From contig JBFIML010000069.1 of NCBI GenBank assembly GCA_041611735.1, positions 1 to 13,405 on the forward strand: a stretch of 13,405 bases of DNA, written 5' to 3'. The notes under the pieces are model-generated. The model searched no databases. It had not been told where the DNA came from and was given only the letters and a program-made list of their open reading frames with translations. Position 1 is the first letter of the stretch. The number at the start of each line of letters is the position of its first letter. This stretch comes from Myxococcota bacterium (lineage in GTDB: Bacteria > Myxococcota_A > UBA9160 > PR03). This document shows, one piece after another, positions 1 through 7,496 of this stretch. The position numbers were made by a program, and so were the translations under genes.

Positions 1-204
1 CCGGTCGACATGCGCAAGTCGATCAACGGGCTCTCGATCCTGGTGGAGCAGACGCTGGGGCTCGCGCCCTTCCGGCCCCACCTGTTCGTCTTCTGCAATC
101 GCAAGCGCGACAAGATCAAGATCCTCTACTGGGAGCACACGGGCTTCGTGCTCTGGTACAAGCGGCTCGAGAAGCATCGCTTCGCCTGGCTGACGCTCGC
201 GTAG
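1..204 (+). pseudogene. tnpB: IS66-family accessory protein TnpB (OrfB), partial at the window edge and 3'-truncated at ~190
   Basis: Frame from base 1 reads PVDMRKSINGL...LFVFCNRKRDKIKILYWEHTGFVLWYKRLEKHRFAW, the IS66 TnpB signature. Similarity stops after FAW (~190), where antisense istA sequence supplies LTLA*. No tnpC follows. Confidence 0.9.
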
Positions 205-553
205 CCCGCCGGGAAGCCGTGGTCGTCCACCAGGTCCTGCCAGATCGCCATGGCCGTCCGCCCGCGCTGCACGGCCTCCTCGATCCACGCGCGATAGGGC
301 TCGCGGGCGCTGGCCTGGGGGCTGCGCCCCGGAGGCGTCGGCCACGGCAGGTCGGTGGACGTCTCTATGCCGGGTTTCGGGGCGGACGCCCCCAGCGCCC
401 GGGCGGGCGGACCGTCAGGCCCGCCGCCCGCAGGTACGCGCTCGCCGTCTCGCGACGCACGCCGGTGGCCGCCTGGATGCGCCGCAGCGACCAGCCCAGA
501 CGGCCAAGTGCCAGGATCTGCTCTCGTTTCTCGTTGCTCAGGACGTTCGCCAT
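191..553 (-). pseudogene. istA: IS21-family transposase IstA N-terminal fragment, frameshifted at ~380 and truncated
   Basis: ATG at 553 gives MANVLSNEKREQILALGRLGWSLRRIQAATGVRRETASAYL (HTH). After a frameshift it continues PKPGIETSTD...SAREPYRAWIEEAVQRGRTAMAIWQDLVDDHGFPAGYASV, then breaks before the DDE domain. Confidence 0.85.
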
Positions 554-610
554 GGCGGCGAGAGAGCGCAGCCTCCCCGCCGCCGTCAACGTCCTGGGCG
601 TCAGCCTCTT

Positions 611-659
611 TGGCCGGGTTTCAGGTGTCCATCAATGGCCGGGTTTGGGTGTCCACCGA
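611..659 (-). repeat. IS21-type left terminal region with two tandem transposase-binding repeats
   Basis: tggccgggtttcaggtgtcca (611-631) and tggccgggtttgggtgtcca (636-655). Reiterated terminal repeats are characteristic of IS21 ends, and these lie just upstream of istA. Confidence 0.8.
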
Positions 660-661
660 GG

Positions 662-683
662 GGCGGGGCGGACGGGACTCGAA
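662..683 (-). other. tRNA 3'-end fragment (probably tRNA-Asp); putative att core of an integrative element
   Basis: Minus strand TTCGAGTCCCGTCCGCCCCGCC = T-loop, 3' T-stem, 3' acceptor strand, discriminator G and CC. It closely resembles bacterial tRNA-Asp 3' ends (GGTTCGAGTCCCGTCCG..CCGCCA). No D or anticodon arm lies upstream. Confidence 0.7.
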
Positions 684-739
684 AGCCCAATCTCCGGCCG
701 TAAGTGCCTGGAAACGCAAGGGTCAGGATCGCTGAAACT

Positions 740-758
740 TGTATCCCGCGTGTATCCC
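740..758. repeat. Direct repeat TGTATCCC x2 (11-bp period); candidate tyrosine-integrase arm-type sites
   Basis: TGTATCCC at 740-747 and 751-758, about 60 bp from the tRNA-derived core. Confidence 0.5.
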
Positions 759-943
759 AACTCCTCGCGGTCCCTGACGTCACGCCGTTCGCGAAGGGTC
801 TGGCGGGCCCGAGTCGGCCCCGTGCAACCAGGACCGACTCCCCTGCGATGGCCCCAGGCCCTGGAGGCTCATGGACCGGGTGGATGCCGTACATTGAGCG
901 AGGGCCATGTCGCCCATGGGGCCCCTGGAACGAGGGGGCCAGC

Positions 944-3862
944 GTGCAAGCGGAGGCAATTCGTATCGCTACCGAGCCTCGAGTCCAGGACGAGGGTGCG
1001 TTCCCGATCGTCGGGATCGGCGCCTCGGCAGGCGGACTGTCGGCGTTCCAGGGCTTCCTGTCGCGCATGCCGGCTGATAGCGGGATGGCCTTCGTGATCA
1101 TCTCGCACCATCAGGCCGGGCAGCAGAGCCTCCTCCCGGAGCTGCTCGGTCGCGCCACGAAGATGCGCGTCGAAGAGGCACGCGAGGGCATGGTGCTCGA
1201 GCCCGATCACGTCTACGTGGCGCCGCCCGGACGCAACCTTGCCCTCGCGGGCGGAAAGCTGCGCCTGGTGATGCCCACGGCGCTCCGCGGCCCCCCGCTT
1301 CCCATCGATTCGTTCCTGCGTTCCCTGGCCCGGGAGGCTGGCAACCGGGCGGTGGCCATCATCCTCTCCGGAACCGGGAGCGATGGAACGCTCGGAGTAC
1401 AGGCCGTGAAGGGCGAGTCCGGACTGGTCATCGTGCAGGATGAGGAGTCGGCGGAGTTCTCCGGCATGCCCGCGAGCGCCGTCGCGACCGGACTGGCGGA
1501 CTTCGTCGCCCCGCCGGAGGAGATGCCCGAACGCCTGCTGGCCTGGTCGCGCTGCTCCTACCTGCAAGGGGTCGACGCGCCGGATCCAGCCGCGACGCGC
1601 ATGGCCGACGAGGAGCTCACGCACATCCTCGAGGTGTTGCTCGCGAGAACGGGTCACGACTTCTCGGGATACAAGCCGTCCAGCGTGCACCGCCGCGTCC
1701 TGCGGCGGCAGACCCTCCACCAGCTCGACAGCCTGCGAGACTACGTCCGCTTCCTCGACGGACACGCCGAGGAGGTCCAGGCCCTCTTCCAGGATCTGCT
1801 GATCGGCGTCACGGGCTTCTTCCGCGACGGCGGCGCCTTCGAAGCGCTGGAGACACCGCTCGTCGAGCTGCTGTCCGCGAAGCCCGATCACGCGATGGTC
1901 CGCATCTGGGTTCCCGGATGTTCCACGGGCGAGGAAGCGTACTCGTTCGCGATCCTGCTCGTCGAGTGCATCGATCGGCTGCGCAAGCCGCTCGGCGTGC
2001 AGATCTTCGCCACCGATCTGAGCTCGCAGGCCATCGATGCCGCGCGTCACGGCCGCTATCCCGAGGGGATCGCGGCTGATGTGTCCGAGCAGAGGCTCGC
2101 CCGCTTCTTCGCGAAGCGGGACAGTGTGTACGAGATCAAGAAGGAGATCCGCGCGCTGCTGGTCTTCGCGACCCACGACATCCTGGCGGATCCGCCCTTC
2201 ACGCGCCTGGACGTGGTCTCCTGCCGGAACCTGCTGATCTACCTGGGGGCCGACCTGCAGCGACGTGTCCTGGCACTGCTCCACTACGCGCTGGATCCCG
2301 AGGGTCTCCTGCTGCTCGGGAACTCGGAATCGACCACGAGCGCGTACGATCTCTTCACTCCCGTGGATTCCCGCTGGAAGCTCTATCGCCGACGGGAGGC
2401 CTCCCCCGGCAAGATCGGCGTCGCTGACTTCCCGCGGAAGCGTCCTGGCGAACGGCACTCGCGCCTGGCGTCGCCTGGGAGGCACGCCTCCGAGACCGTG
2501 GCGGGTGTCCTGGCTCGCGCGTACGCCCCGCCCAGCGTCCTGGTGACCGACCGCGCCGACATCGTGCACGTGCACGGGCGCACCGGAAGCTTTCTGGAGC
2601 CGTCCGAGGGGCGCGCCAGCACCAACCTCATCGACATGACGCGCGAGAGTCTGCGCCCCGCATTGGTCTGGCTGCTGCGCGAGATCGCGCGCGCACCCGA
2701 GCAGCCCGCACGACGCGAAGTCCGCCTCCGCGTGGACGGCGACTACCGAGGGGTGCGCCTGGTCGCCCGCAAGCTGCCGCCGTCCGATGGGTCGGTGGGC
2801 TCGATCCTCGTGTCCTTCGAAGAAGCCTCGGCGCAACTCGAGCCCGGCCCGGAGCCGCAGCGCACCGAGGCCTCGAGAAGGAGCGAGGCGCCGGACTCCG
2901 AGAGGGACGCGCTCCTGCGCGATCTGGAACATACCCGGGGAGAGCTCCAGGCGACGATCGAAGAGCTGCAGAGCACCAGCGAGGAGCTCTCGTCCAGCAC
3001 CGAAGAGGCGCAGTCCACGAACGAGGAGCTCCAGAGCGCCAACGAGGAGCTCGAGACGTCGCGGGAGGAGATGCAATCGCTGAATGAGGAGCTTCAGACC
3101 ATCAACGCCGAGCTGCGCGCGAAGGTGATCGAGCTCTCCGAGGCAAGCGACGACCTCCTCAACCTCCTGAGCAGCACGTCGATTGCGACGCTCTTCCTCG
3201 ACCGCGACCTGTGCATCAAGCGCTTCACCGCGGAGATCGCCCAGATCATCCCCCTGAAGCCTTCGGACGTGGGGCGTCCGCTTGCCGACCTCGCCGCGCG
3301 CGTCGACGACCGCCGGTTGGCCGAGGACGCAGCCGGCGTGCTGCGGACTCTCGTACCGCAGGAGAAGGAAGTCCGCTCAAGCGATGGCGAGACGACCTAC
3401 CTGATGCGGGTGGGGGCCTACCGCACCAGCCAGAACGTGATCGACGGGGTGGTTATGACCTTCGTGGACATCACGCGGCTGAAGCAGCTGGAAGCCGCGA
3501 ACGAGCTCGCGCGGACCCACGCCGAGGCGATCGTCGAGACGGTGCGCCAGCCGCTCGTCACCCTCGACGGAGGCTTCCACGTGCGGTCTGCGAACCCGGC
3601 CTTCTGCTCGCTGTTTCGGACGTCCGCCGGAGCCATCGAGGGCCGCGCGGTCTTCGATCTCCCGGGTGCGGGCTGGGACGTCCATGCGCTGCGGACGCTG
3701 CTGGAGGAGGTCATCCCGGGCAATGCCATCGTCGAGCAGTACGCGCTGTCCTGCGAATTCCCCGCGACCGGCCGGCAGACGGTGCGCGTCGATGCGAGAA
3801 GGATGCCCGTCCAAGGTGACCGGCCGGCCCTGATCCTGCTGGCGATCTCCTTGGAAGCATGA
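944..3862 (+). CDS. CheB methylesterase / CheR methyltransferase fusion with coiled coil and PAS domains (CheBR), ~972 aa
   Basis: CheB motifs IVGIGASAGG, IISHH and ILSGTGSDG. CheR motifs RIWVPGCSTGEEAYS, IFATD and LDVVSCRNLLIYL. These are followed by ELQS-x-NEEL heptads and PAS-like C-terminal domains. In-frame GTG at 944 follows a GAGGGGG RBS; the 704-943 extension looks non-coding. Confidence 0.93.
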   Translation: MQAEAIRIATEPRVQDEGAFPIVGIGASAGGLSAFQGFLSRMPADSGMAFVIISHHQAGQQSLLPELLGRATKMRVEEAREGMVLEPDHVYVAPPGRNLALAGGKLRLVMPTALRGPPLPIDSFLRSLAREAGNRAVAIILSGTGSDGTLGVQAVKGESGLVIVQDEESAEFSGMPASAVATGLADFVAPPEEMPERLLAWSRCSYLQGVDAPDPAATRMADEELTHILEVLLARTGHDFSGYKPSSVHRRVLRRQTLHQLDSLRDYVRFLDGHAEEVQALFQDLLIGVTGFFRDGGAFEALETPLVELLSAKPDHAMVRIWVPGCSTGEEAYSFAILLVECIDRLRKPLGVQIFATDLSSQAIDAARHGRYPEGIAADVSEQRLARFFAKRDSVYEIKKEIRALLVFATHDILADPPFTRLDVVSCRNLLIYLGADLQRRVLALLHYALDPEGLLLLGNSESTTSAYDLFTPVDSRWKLYRRREASPGKIGVADFPRKRPGERHSRLASPGRHASETVAGVLARAYAPPSVLVTDRADIVHVHGRTGSFLEPSEGRASTNLIDMTRESLRPALVWLLREIARAPEQPARREVRLRVDGDYRGVRLVARKLPPSDGSVGSILVSFEEASAQLEPGPEPQRTEASRRSEAPDSERDALLRDLEHTRGELQATIEELQSTSEELSSSTEEAQSTNEELQSANEELETSREEMQSLNEELQTINAELRAKVIELSEASDDLLNLLSSTSIATLFLDRDLCIKRFTAEIAQIIPLKPSDVGRPLADLAARVDDRRLAEDAAGVLRTLVPQEKEVRSSDGETTYLMRVGAYRTSQNVIDGVVMTFVDITRLKQLEAANELARTHAEAIVETVRQPLVTLDGGFHVRSANPAFCSLFRTSAGAIEGRAVFDLPGAGWDVHALRTLLEEVIPGNAIVEQYALSCEFPATGRQTVRVDARRMPVQGDRPALILLAISLEA

Positions 3863-5523
3863 GAGAGGAGGAGAGACCCATGGTGGACCGGGACGGACCG
3901 GAATCTCTTCGCCGGCGCGCCGAAGCGCACCTCCTGCCGGAGCGGGAGATCGAGGCCCTCTCGCCCGAGGGGGTGCGCGCGCTCGTCCATGAGCTCGACG
4001 TGCACCACGCGGAGCTCGAGCTCCAGAACGAAGAGCTGCGCAATCTGACGCTCGAGCTGGAAGCGACCCGCGACCGCTTCCGCGACCTGTTCGATTTCGC
4101 TCCCGCTGGGTATCTGACCCTGGAGGGCGGCGGGCAGATCCTGGAAGCGAACCTCAAGGCGAGCGAGCTGCTCGGCTGCGAGCGAGCGAAGCTCCTGGGC
4201 CAGAGGGTCCAGGCGTTCATCGACCCCGCGAGCCAGGATCGCTTCCACCTCCACCAGCAGGCACTCTTCGCCGGCGGCCCGCCTCGAACCTGCGAGCTGC
4301 GCTTCGTCACGGAGGACGGGCGGGGGCGCGACGTGCTGCTCGAGAGCGTCCGGATCGACAAAGCCGGCCGGCAGACCCGCCTCTCCCTGGTCGACATCAG
4401 CGACCGCGTGGCGGCGGAAGCCGCCCTGAGTGACGCCAACGAGAAGCTCGCTGGGACGGTCGTCGTACGAACGACGGAGCTCGAGGAGAGCCGACACCTG
4501 AACGCGAAGATCGCCGAGGCAGCCCCGCTCCTCCTCTGGATCTTCGACCTCGGGACGCGATCCACTCTCTACATCAATGCCTTCGCGCGCGAGCTCCTCG
4601 GCGCCGGGAGTACGGAGGCGGTCGAGATCGAAGAGGTCGTCGATCCGCTCGACCGGGATTCGCTCCGGAGAGGCATCGAGCAGCTCGACCGGGGGAGCAA
4701 GGGCGACCTCGTCGAGGTGACGTTCCGGATCCACGCACCCGGCGGAGCGTCTCGCTGGCTCTGGTCGCGCCTGGCGGCCTTCGAGCGCAATCCTGGCGGC
4801 CAGCTGACGCACGTCCTCGGCGCCTCCCTGGACGTCACCGAGCTGCGCGCGGCCGAAGACCGACTGCGCCAGCTCCGTCAGGAGGCGGCGATCACGAGGG
4901 AGCGCGAGCTTCGCGAGCTGGCGGTCATGCTGCACGACAGCGTTGGCCAGCTGCTTCCGCTGGCCAACACGAAGCTTGCCCTCGCGCGCCGCACCTGCGG
5001 CGAGGAAGCCCGTGCCCAGCTGGCGGAGGCGGAGCGGCTGATCTCCGAGGCTCATACGGTGGCGACCTCGCTGACGTATCGTCTGAGTCCGCTAGCGCTT
5101 CATGAGATCGGCCTCGCCGCGGGATTCAAGGAGCTGGTTCGCGAGATGCGTCGCGACTACGAGCTTCGGGTGCTGGTGGAGGACGAGGCGCCTGGATTCA
5201 GGTTGTCGGATGCGCTCGAGTTCGCGGTCTACCGCGTCGTTCGCGAGCTTCTCGTGAACGCCGCCAAGCACTCGGGTGCGCAGCAGGCGTTCGTACGCAT
5301 CGGCCGCGAAGGCTCGGAGCTGTCGGTGGTGGTAGAGGATCAGGGTGTCGGCTTCGTGCCGGATTCGGCGCACCACTCGGGGTGGGGTCTCGAGAGCGCC
5401 CGCGAGCAGCTGGGCTACCTGGGAGGGCGGATGCATGTTCGATCCAAACCAAATCGCGGAACCCGCGTCGAGATCGTCGTGCCGCTCCTGCACGCGGTTC
5501 AGGAGCCCGAGGTGGCCCGATGA
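3859..5523 (+). CDS. PAS-domain sensor histidine kinase, HisKA_3 (NarX/UhpB-like) type, cytoplasmic
   Basis: N-terminal coiled coil HELDVHHAELELQNEELR, two PAS-like regions, H-box LHDSVGQLL, N-box LLVNAAKHS, G1 VEDQGVGF, G2 GWGL, and GTRV. ATGA overlap with the upstream stop. An alternative ATG at 3880 follows GAGGAGG. No obvious TM helix. Confidence 0.93.
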   Translation: MREEERPMVDRDGPESLRRRAEAHLLPEREIEALSPEGVRALVHELDVHHAELELQNEELRNLTLELEATRDRFRDLFDFAPAGYLTLEGGGQILEANLKASELLGCERAKLLGQRVQAFIDPASQDRFHLHQQALFAGGPPRTCELRFVTEDGRGRDVLLESVRIDKAGRQTRLSLVDISDRVAAEAALSDANEKLAGTVVVRTTELEESRHLNAKIAEAAPLLLWIFDLGTRSTLYINAFARELLGAGSTEAVEIEEVVDPLDRDSLRRGIEQLDRGSKGDLVEVTFRIHAPGGASRWLWSRLAAFERNPGGQLTHVLGASLDVTELRAAEDRLRQLRQEAAITRERELRELAVMLHDSVGQLLPLANTKLALARRTCGEEARAQLAEAERLISEAHTVATSLTYRLSPLALHEIGLAAGFKELVREMRRDYELRVLVEDEAPGFRLSDALEFAVYRVVRELLVNAAKHSGAQQAFVRIGREGSELSVVVEDQGVGFVPDSAHHSGWGLESAREQLGYLGGRMHVRSKPNRGTRVEIVVPLLHAVQEPEVAR

Positions 5524-6173
5524 CGACCCGGCTGATCCTCGTCGACGATCATCGCATGATGCGAGAGGGACTGCGCTCGCTCCTGGAGGCGAACAGCGGC
5601 TTCGAAGTAATCGCGGAAGCGGAGAACGGCCGGGACGCCGTGACCCGGACTCGCGCGCTCAAGCCCGACGTCGTGGTGATGGACCTCGGCATGAAGGACC
5701 TGAACGGCGTCGAGGCCACGCGCCAGATCCGCGCCGAGTTCCCTCGGATCCCGGTCGTGGTGCTCTCCACCTACGCCCACGAGGACTACGTGTTGAGCGC
5801 CCTCGAGGCGGGGGCGTCGGCCTACGTGTTGAAGATCAGCGCGCACGCGGAGCTGGTCGAGGCCATCGAGTCGGTAGCCAAGGGCCGCCGTTTCCTGAGT
5901 CCAGAGATCACGGGCCTCGTCGTGGATGCGGGGGTGCAAGGAGCGCGGAGCGCTCGTGATCCGGGCAAGCCCCGCCTGAGCGGCCGCGAGCAGGAGGTCC
6001 TTCAGCTCGTGGCCGAGGGCCGTACGTCCGGGGAGATCGCGACGCGTCTTCGCCTGGCCACGCGGACCGTCGAGCAGCACCGCCGGCGGATCATGCAGAA
6101 GCTCGAGCTGCACACCGTCGCCGAACTCACCCAGTATGCGCTCCGCAAGCGGATCATCTCGCTCGACGAATGA
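5520..6173 (+). CDS. NarL/FixJ-family response regulator (REC + LuxR HTH), 217 aa
   Basis: MTTRLILVDDH...PDVVVMDLGM...VLST...YVLK, then LSGREQEVLQLVAEGRTSGEIA...TVEQHRRRIMQKL. The ATG overlaps the kinase stop (ATGA). Confidence 0.95.
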   Translation: MTTRLILVDDHRMMREGLRSLLEANSGFEVIAEAENGRDAVTRTRALKPDVVVMDLGMKDLNGVEATRQIRAEFPRIPVVVLSTYAHEDYVLSALEAGASAYVLKISAHAELVEAIESVAKGRRFLSPEITGLVVDAGVQGARSARDPGKPRLSGREQEVLQLVAEGRTSGEIATRLRLATRTVEQHRRRIMQKLELHTVAELTQYALRKRIISLDE

Positions 6174-6232
6174 TCGTCTTCTCGCTTCCAGGGCGTCGTC
6201 CGCCCGGCGCTCGGGTGGAGCAGGCCCTACGC

Positions 6233-6259
6233 AGATCCCGGGCCTCGATTGCGTAGTTC
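6233..6259 (+). promoter_or_regulatory. Putative regulator-binding motif, copy 1 (AGATC-N9-GATTGCGTAGTTC)
   Basis: Same motif as 7351-7377. It is intergenic, upstream of the receiver gene, and overlaps the inverted pair CTACGCA (6227-6233) / TGCGTAG (6250-6256). Confidence 0.5.
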
Positions 6260-6321
6260 TGGCGCTTCCCTGCGTCCCGCCAAGATGGGACAAGACCCTC
6301 GTGTGGATGAGAGGTGCCCCC

Positions 6322-6682
6322 GTGCCGGACAGGGCCAGCCCGCGGCCCCAATCGATCCTGGTGGTGGACGACGAGCCCGGCATCCGAGGCCTCGTGGCAC
6401 GGGTTCTCGCGGCGGAAGGCTATCGGATCACGGCGGCAAGCGACGTTCCATCGGCAATCAGGGCGCTGGAAGGCTCCCGGTTCGCGGCGGTCCTGACCGA
6501 TCTTCGGATGCCCGGTCCCCGGGGGCTCGTGCTGGTGGAGGAAGTCGAACGTCGCGGCCTCCGGACGCCGGTGGTCCTTACGAGCGGCTCCCTCGGGGAG
6601 TTCGATGGCTTGGATCCGCGCGTCGACCGGCCTGGAGACGCTCCGGAGCCTGATCCCGGCCCTGATCGGTGCCTCCCCTTGA
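6322..6682 (+). pseudogene. Single-domain response regulator (CheY-like receiver), apparently frameshifted near 6630
   Basis: ILVVDDEPGIR...AVLTDLRMPG...PVVLTSGS is present, but there is no beta5-Lys-Pro motif. An alpha5-like helix LETLRSLIPALIGASP* sits in the +1 frame (6632-6682). GTG 6322 follows GAGAGG; ATG 6307 is an alternative start. Confidence 0.7.
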
Positions 6683-6944
6683 GCTCGAGCGAGCGCTACC
6701 GGTTGAGGCTCGTCGAGGAGCCCGCGCGCCGGAGGGCGACCGAAGGGCCTCGCCAGCGCCTGACCCGCATTGGCCATCCCCTTCGCAACGACGGCCACCG
6801 CGGCGTGGATCTCGGACTTCGAGTGATTGGTTGTCGGGCGTCGGGACGCCGGGCGGATGGGCGATCCAAGGCGGGTTGCGAGGAGTTGGTCAGCAGGCGC
6901 CGAGTAGGACCACGGCGCCGGGCCCTCGGGCCGAAAGGGGTGTG

Positions 6945-7352
6945 ATGAAGACCGGAACCGAGACGCCGGCGCCGAGGCTCGCCGCGTGCCTCGAGATCGC
7001 AGAGCGGCTGACGCCGGCGCTCGCGAGCTCGCTTCGCTGGCTGGCGACCCACCCCGGTTCCGGCGCGATGCTGGTCATCGAGGGATTCGTTCACGACGGC
7101 GAGCTCGTGCTCGTCGCGGACATCCCCTCGGAGCCCGGCCTCGATCCAGGGAAGGGCGGGGGCGAGCGACCCGAACCGGAGGGCAGGGAACCCGGCTCGC
7201 GGCACCCGAAGTTCACAATGAGCGCCCGCCGCGGCCTTCTGAGCTTCACATTGTCCCTCACGCCGAATGGACGCAAGTCTCTGCGGTCCGCGGGAAGGCC
7301 CGCCGCGGCTCCCCCTCCATCCCGGACGCTGGCTCGGGCCGGCAGGTTGTAG
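6945..7352 (+). CDS. Hypothetical protein (~135 aa)
   Basis: ATG preceded by GAAAGGGG. It fills the gap between co-oriented genes. No recognisable family. Confidence 0.35.
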   Translation: MKTGTETPAPRLAACLEIAERLTPALASSLRWLATHPGSGAMLVIEGFVHDGELVLVADIPSEPGLDPGKGGGERPEPEGREPGSRHPKFTMSARRGLLSFTLSLTPNGRKSLRSAGRPAAAPPPSRTLARAGRL

Positions 7353-7382
7353 ATCTAGCTCGAAGATTGCGTAGTTCCGCAA
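7351..7382 (+). promoter_or_regulatory. Putative regulator-binding motif, copy 2, including the palindrome TTGCG-N6-CGCAA (7367-7382)
   Basis: AGATC-N9-GATTGCGTAGTTC with the same sequence and spacing as 6233-6259, about 120 bp upstream of the lipoprotein gene. Confidence 0.5.
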
Positions 7383-7496
7383 CTGGGTCGCGACCCGTGG
7401 ATCGGTAGGGCTCCATTGTCCACTCCTCCCCGGCGCAACGATTCAGGAACGCCTGCCGCTCGTCGAAACGGCGAGAGGACGACGAAGGAGAGAACG

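Larger units (their letters stand above)
191..660 (-). mobile_element. IS21-family element remnant (left end plus 5' part of istA)
   Basis: Terminal region with tandem repeats at 611-655, followed on the minus strand by an istA-like N-terminus. The rest of the element is deleted at ~190. Confidence 0.8.

Noticed and set aside
611..655. CRISPR-like repeat pair
   Set aside because: Only two copies 4 bp apart, with no spacers or cas genes. IS21 terminal repeats explain them.
662..735. Complete tRNA gene
   Set aside because: Only the T-loop and 3' acceptor strand are present, so no cloverleaf can be built.
704..943. N-terminal 80-aa extension of the 1052-aa ORF
   Set aside because: Low-complexity Pro/Gly/Arg sequence that overlaps the att-arm region. 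A better RBS and GTG lie at 944, close to the CheB domain.
869..3076. 735-aa minus-strand ORF (also 3418-5055, 5499-6383, 11812-12645 and 12621-13391)
   Set aside because: These are antisense shadows of real high-GC genes with no recognisable motifs.
944..6682. Classical chemotaxis (che) operon
   Set aside because: There is no cheA, cheW or MCP. The kinase is HisKA_3 type and the regulator binds DNA.
6862..6887. Possible third copy of the GATTGCGTAGTTC motif upstream of the 6945 ORF
   Set aside because: Only GATC and TTGCG match, and the spacing is wrong.
7385..7396. 12-bp palindrome GGGTCGCGACCC
   Set aside because: It is GC-rich and single-copy, plausible by chance at this composition, and no function can be assigned.
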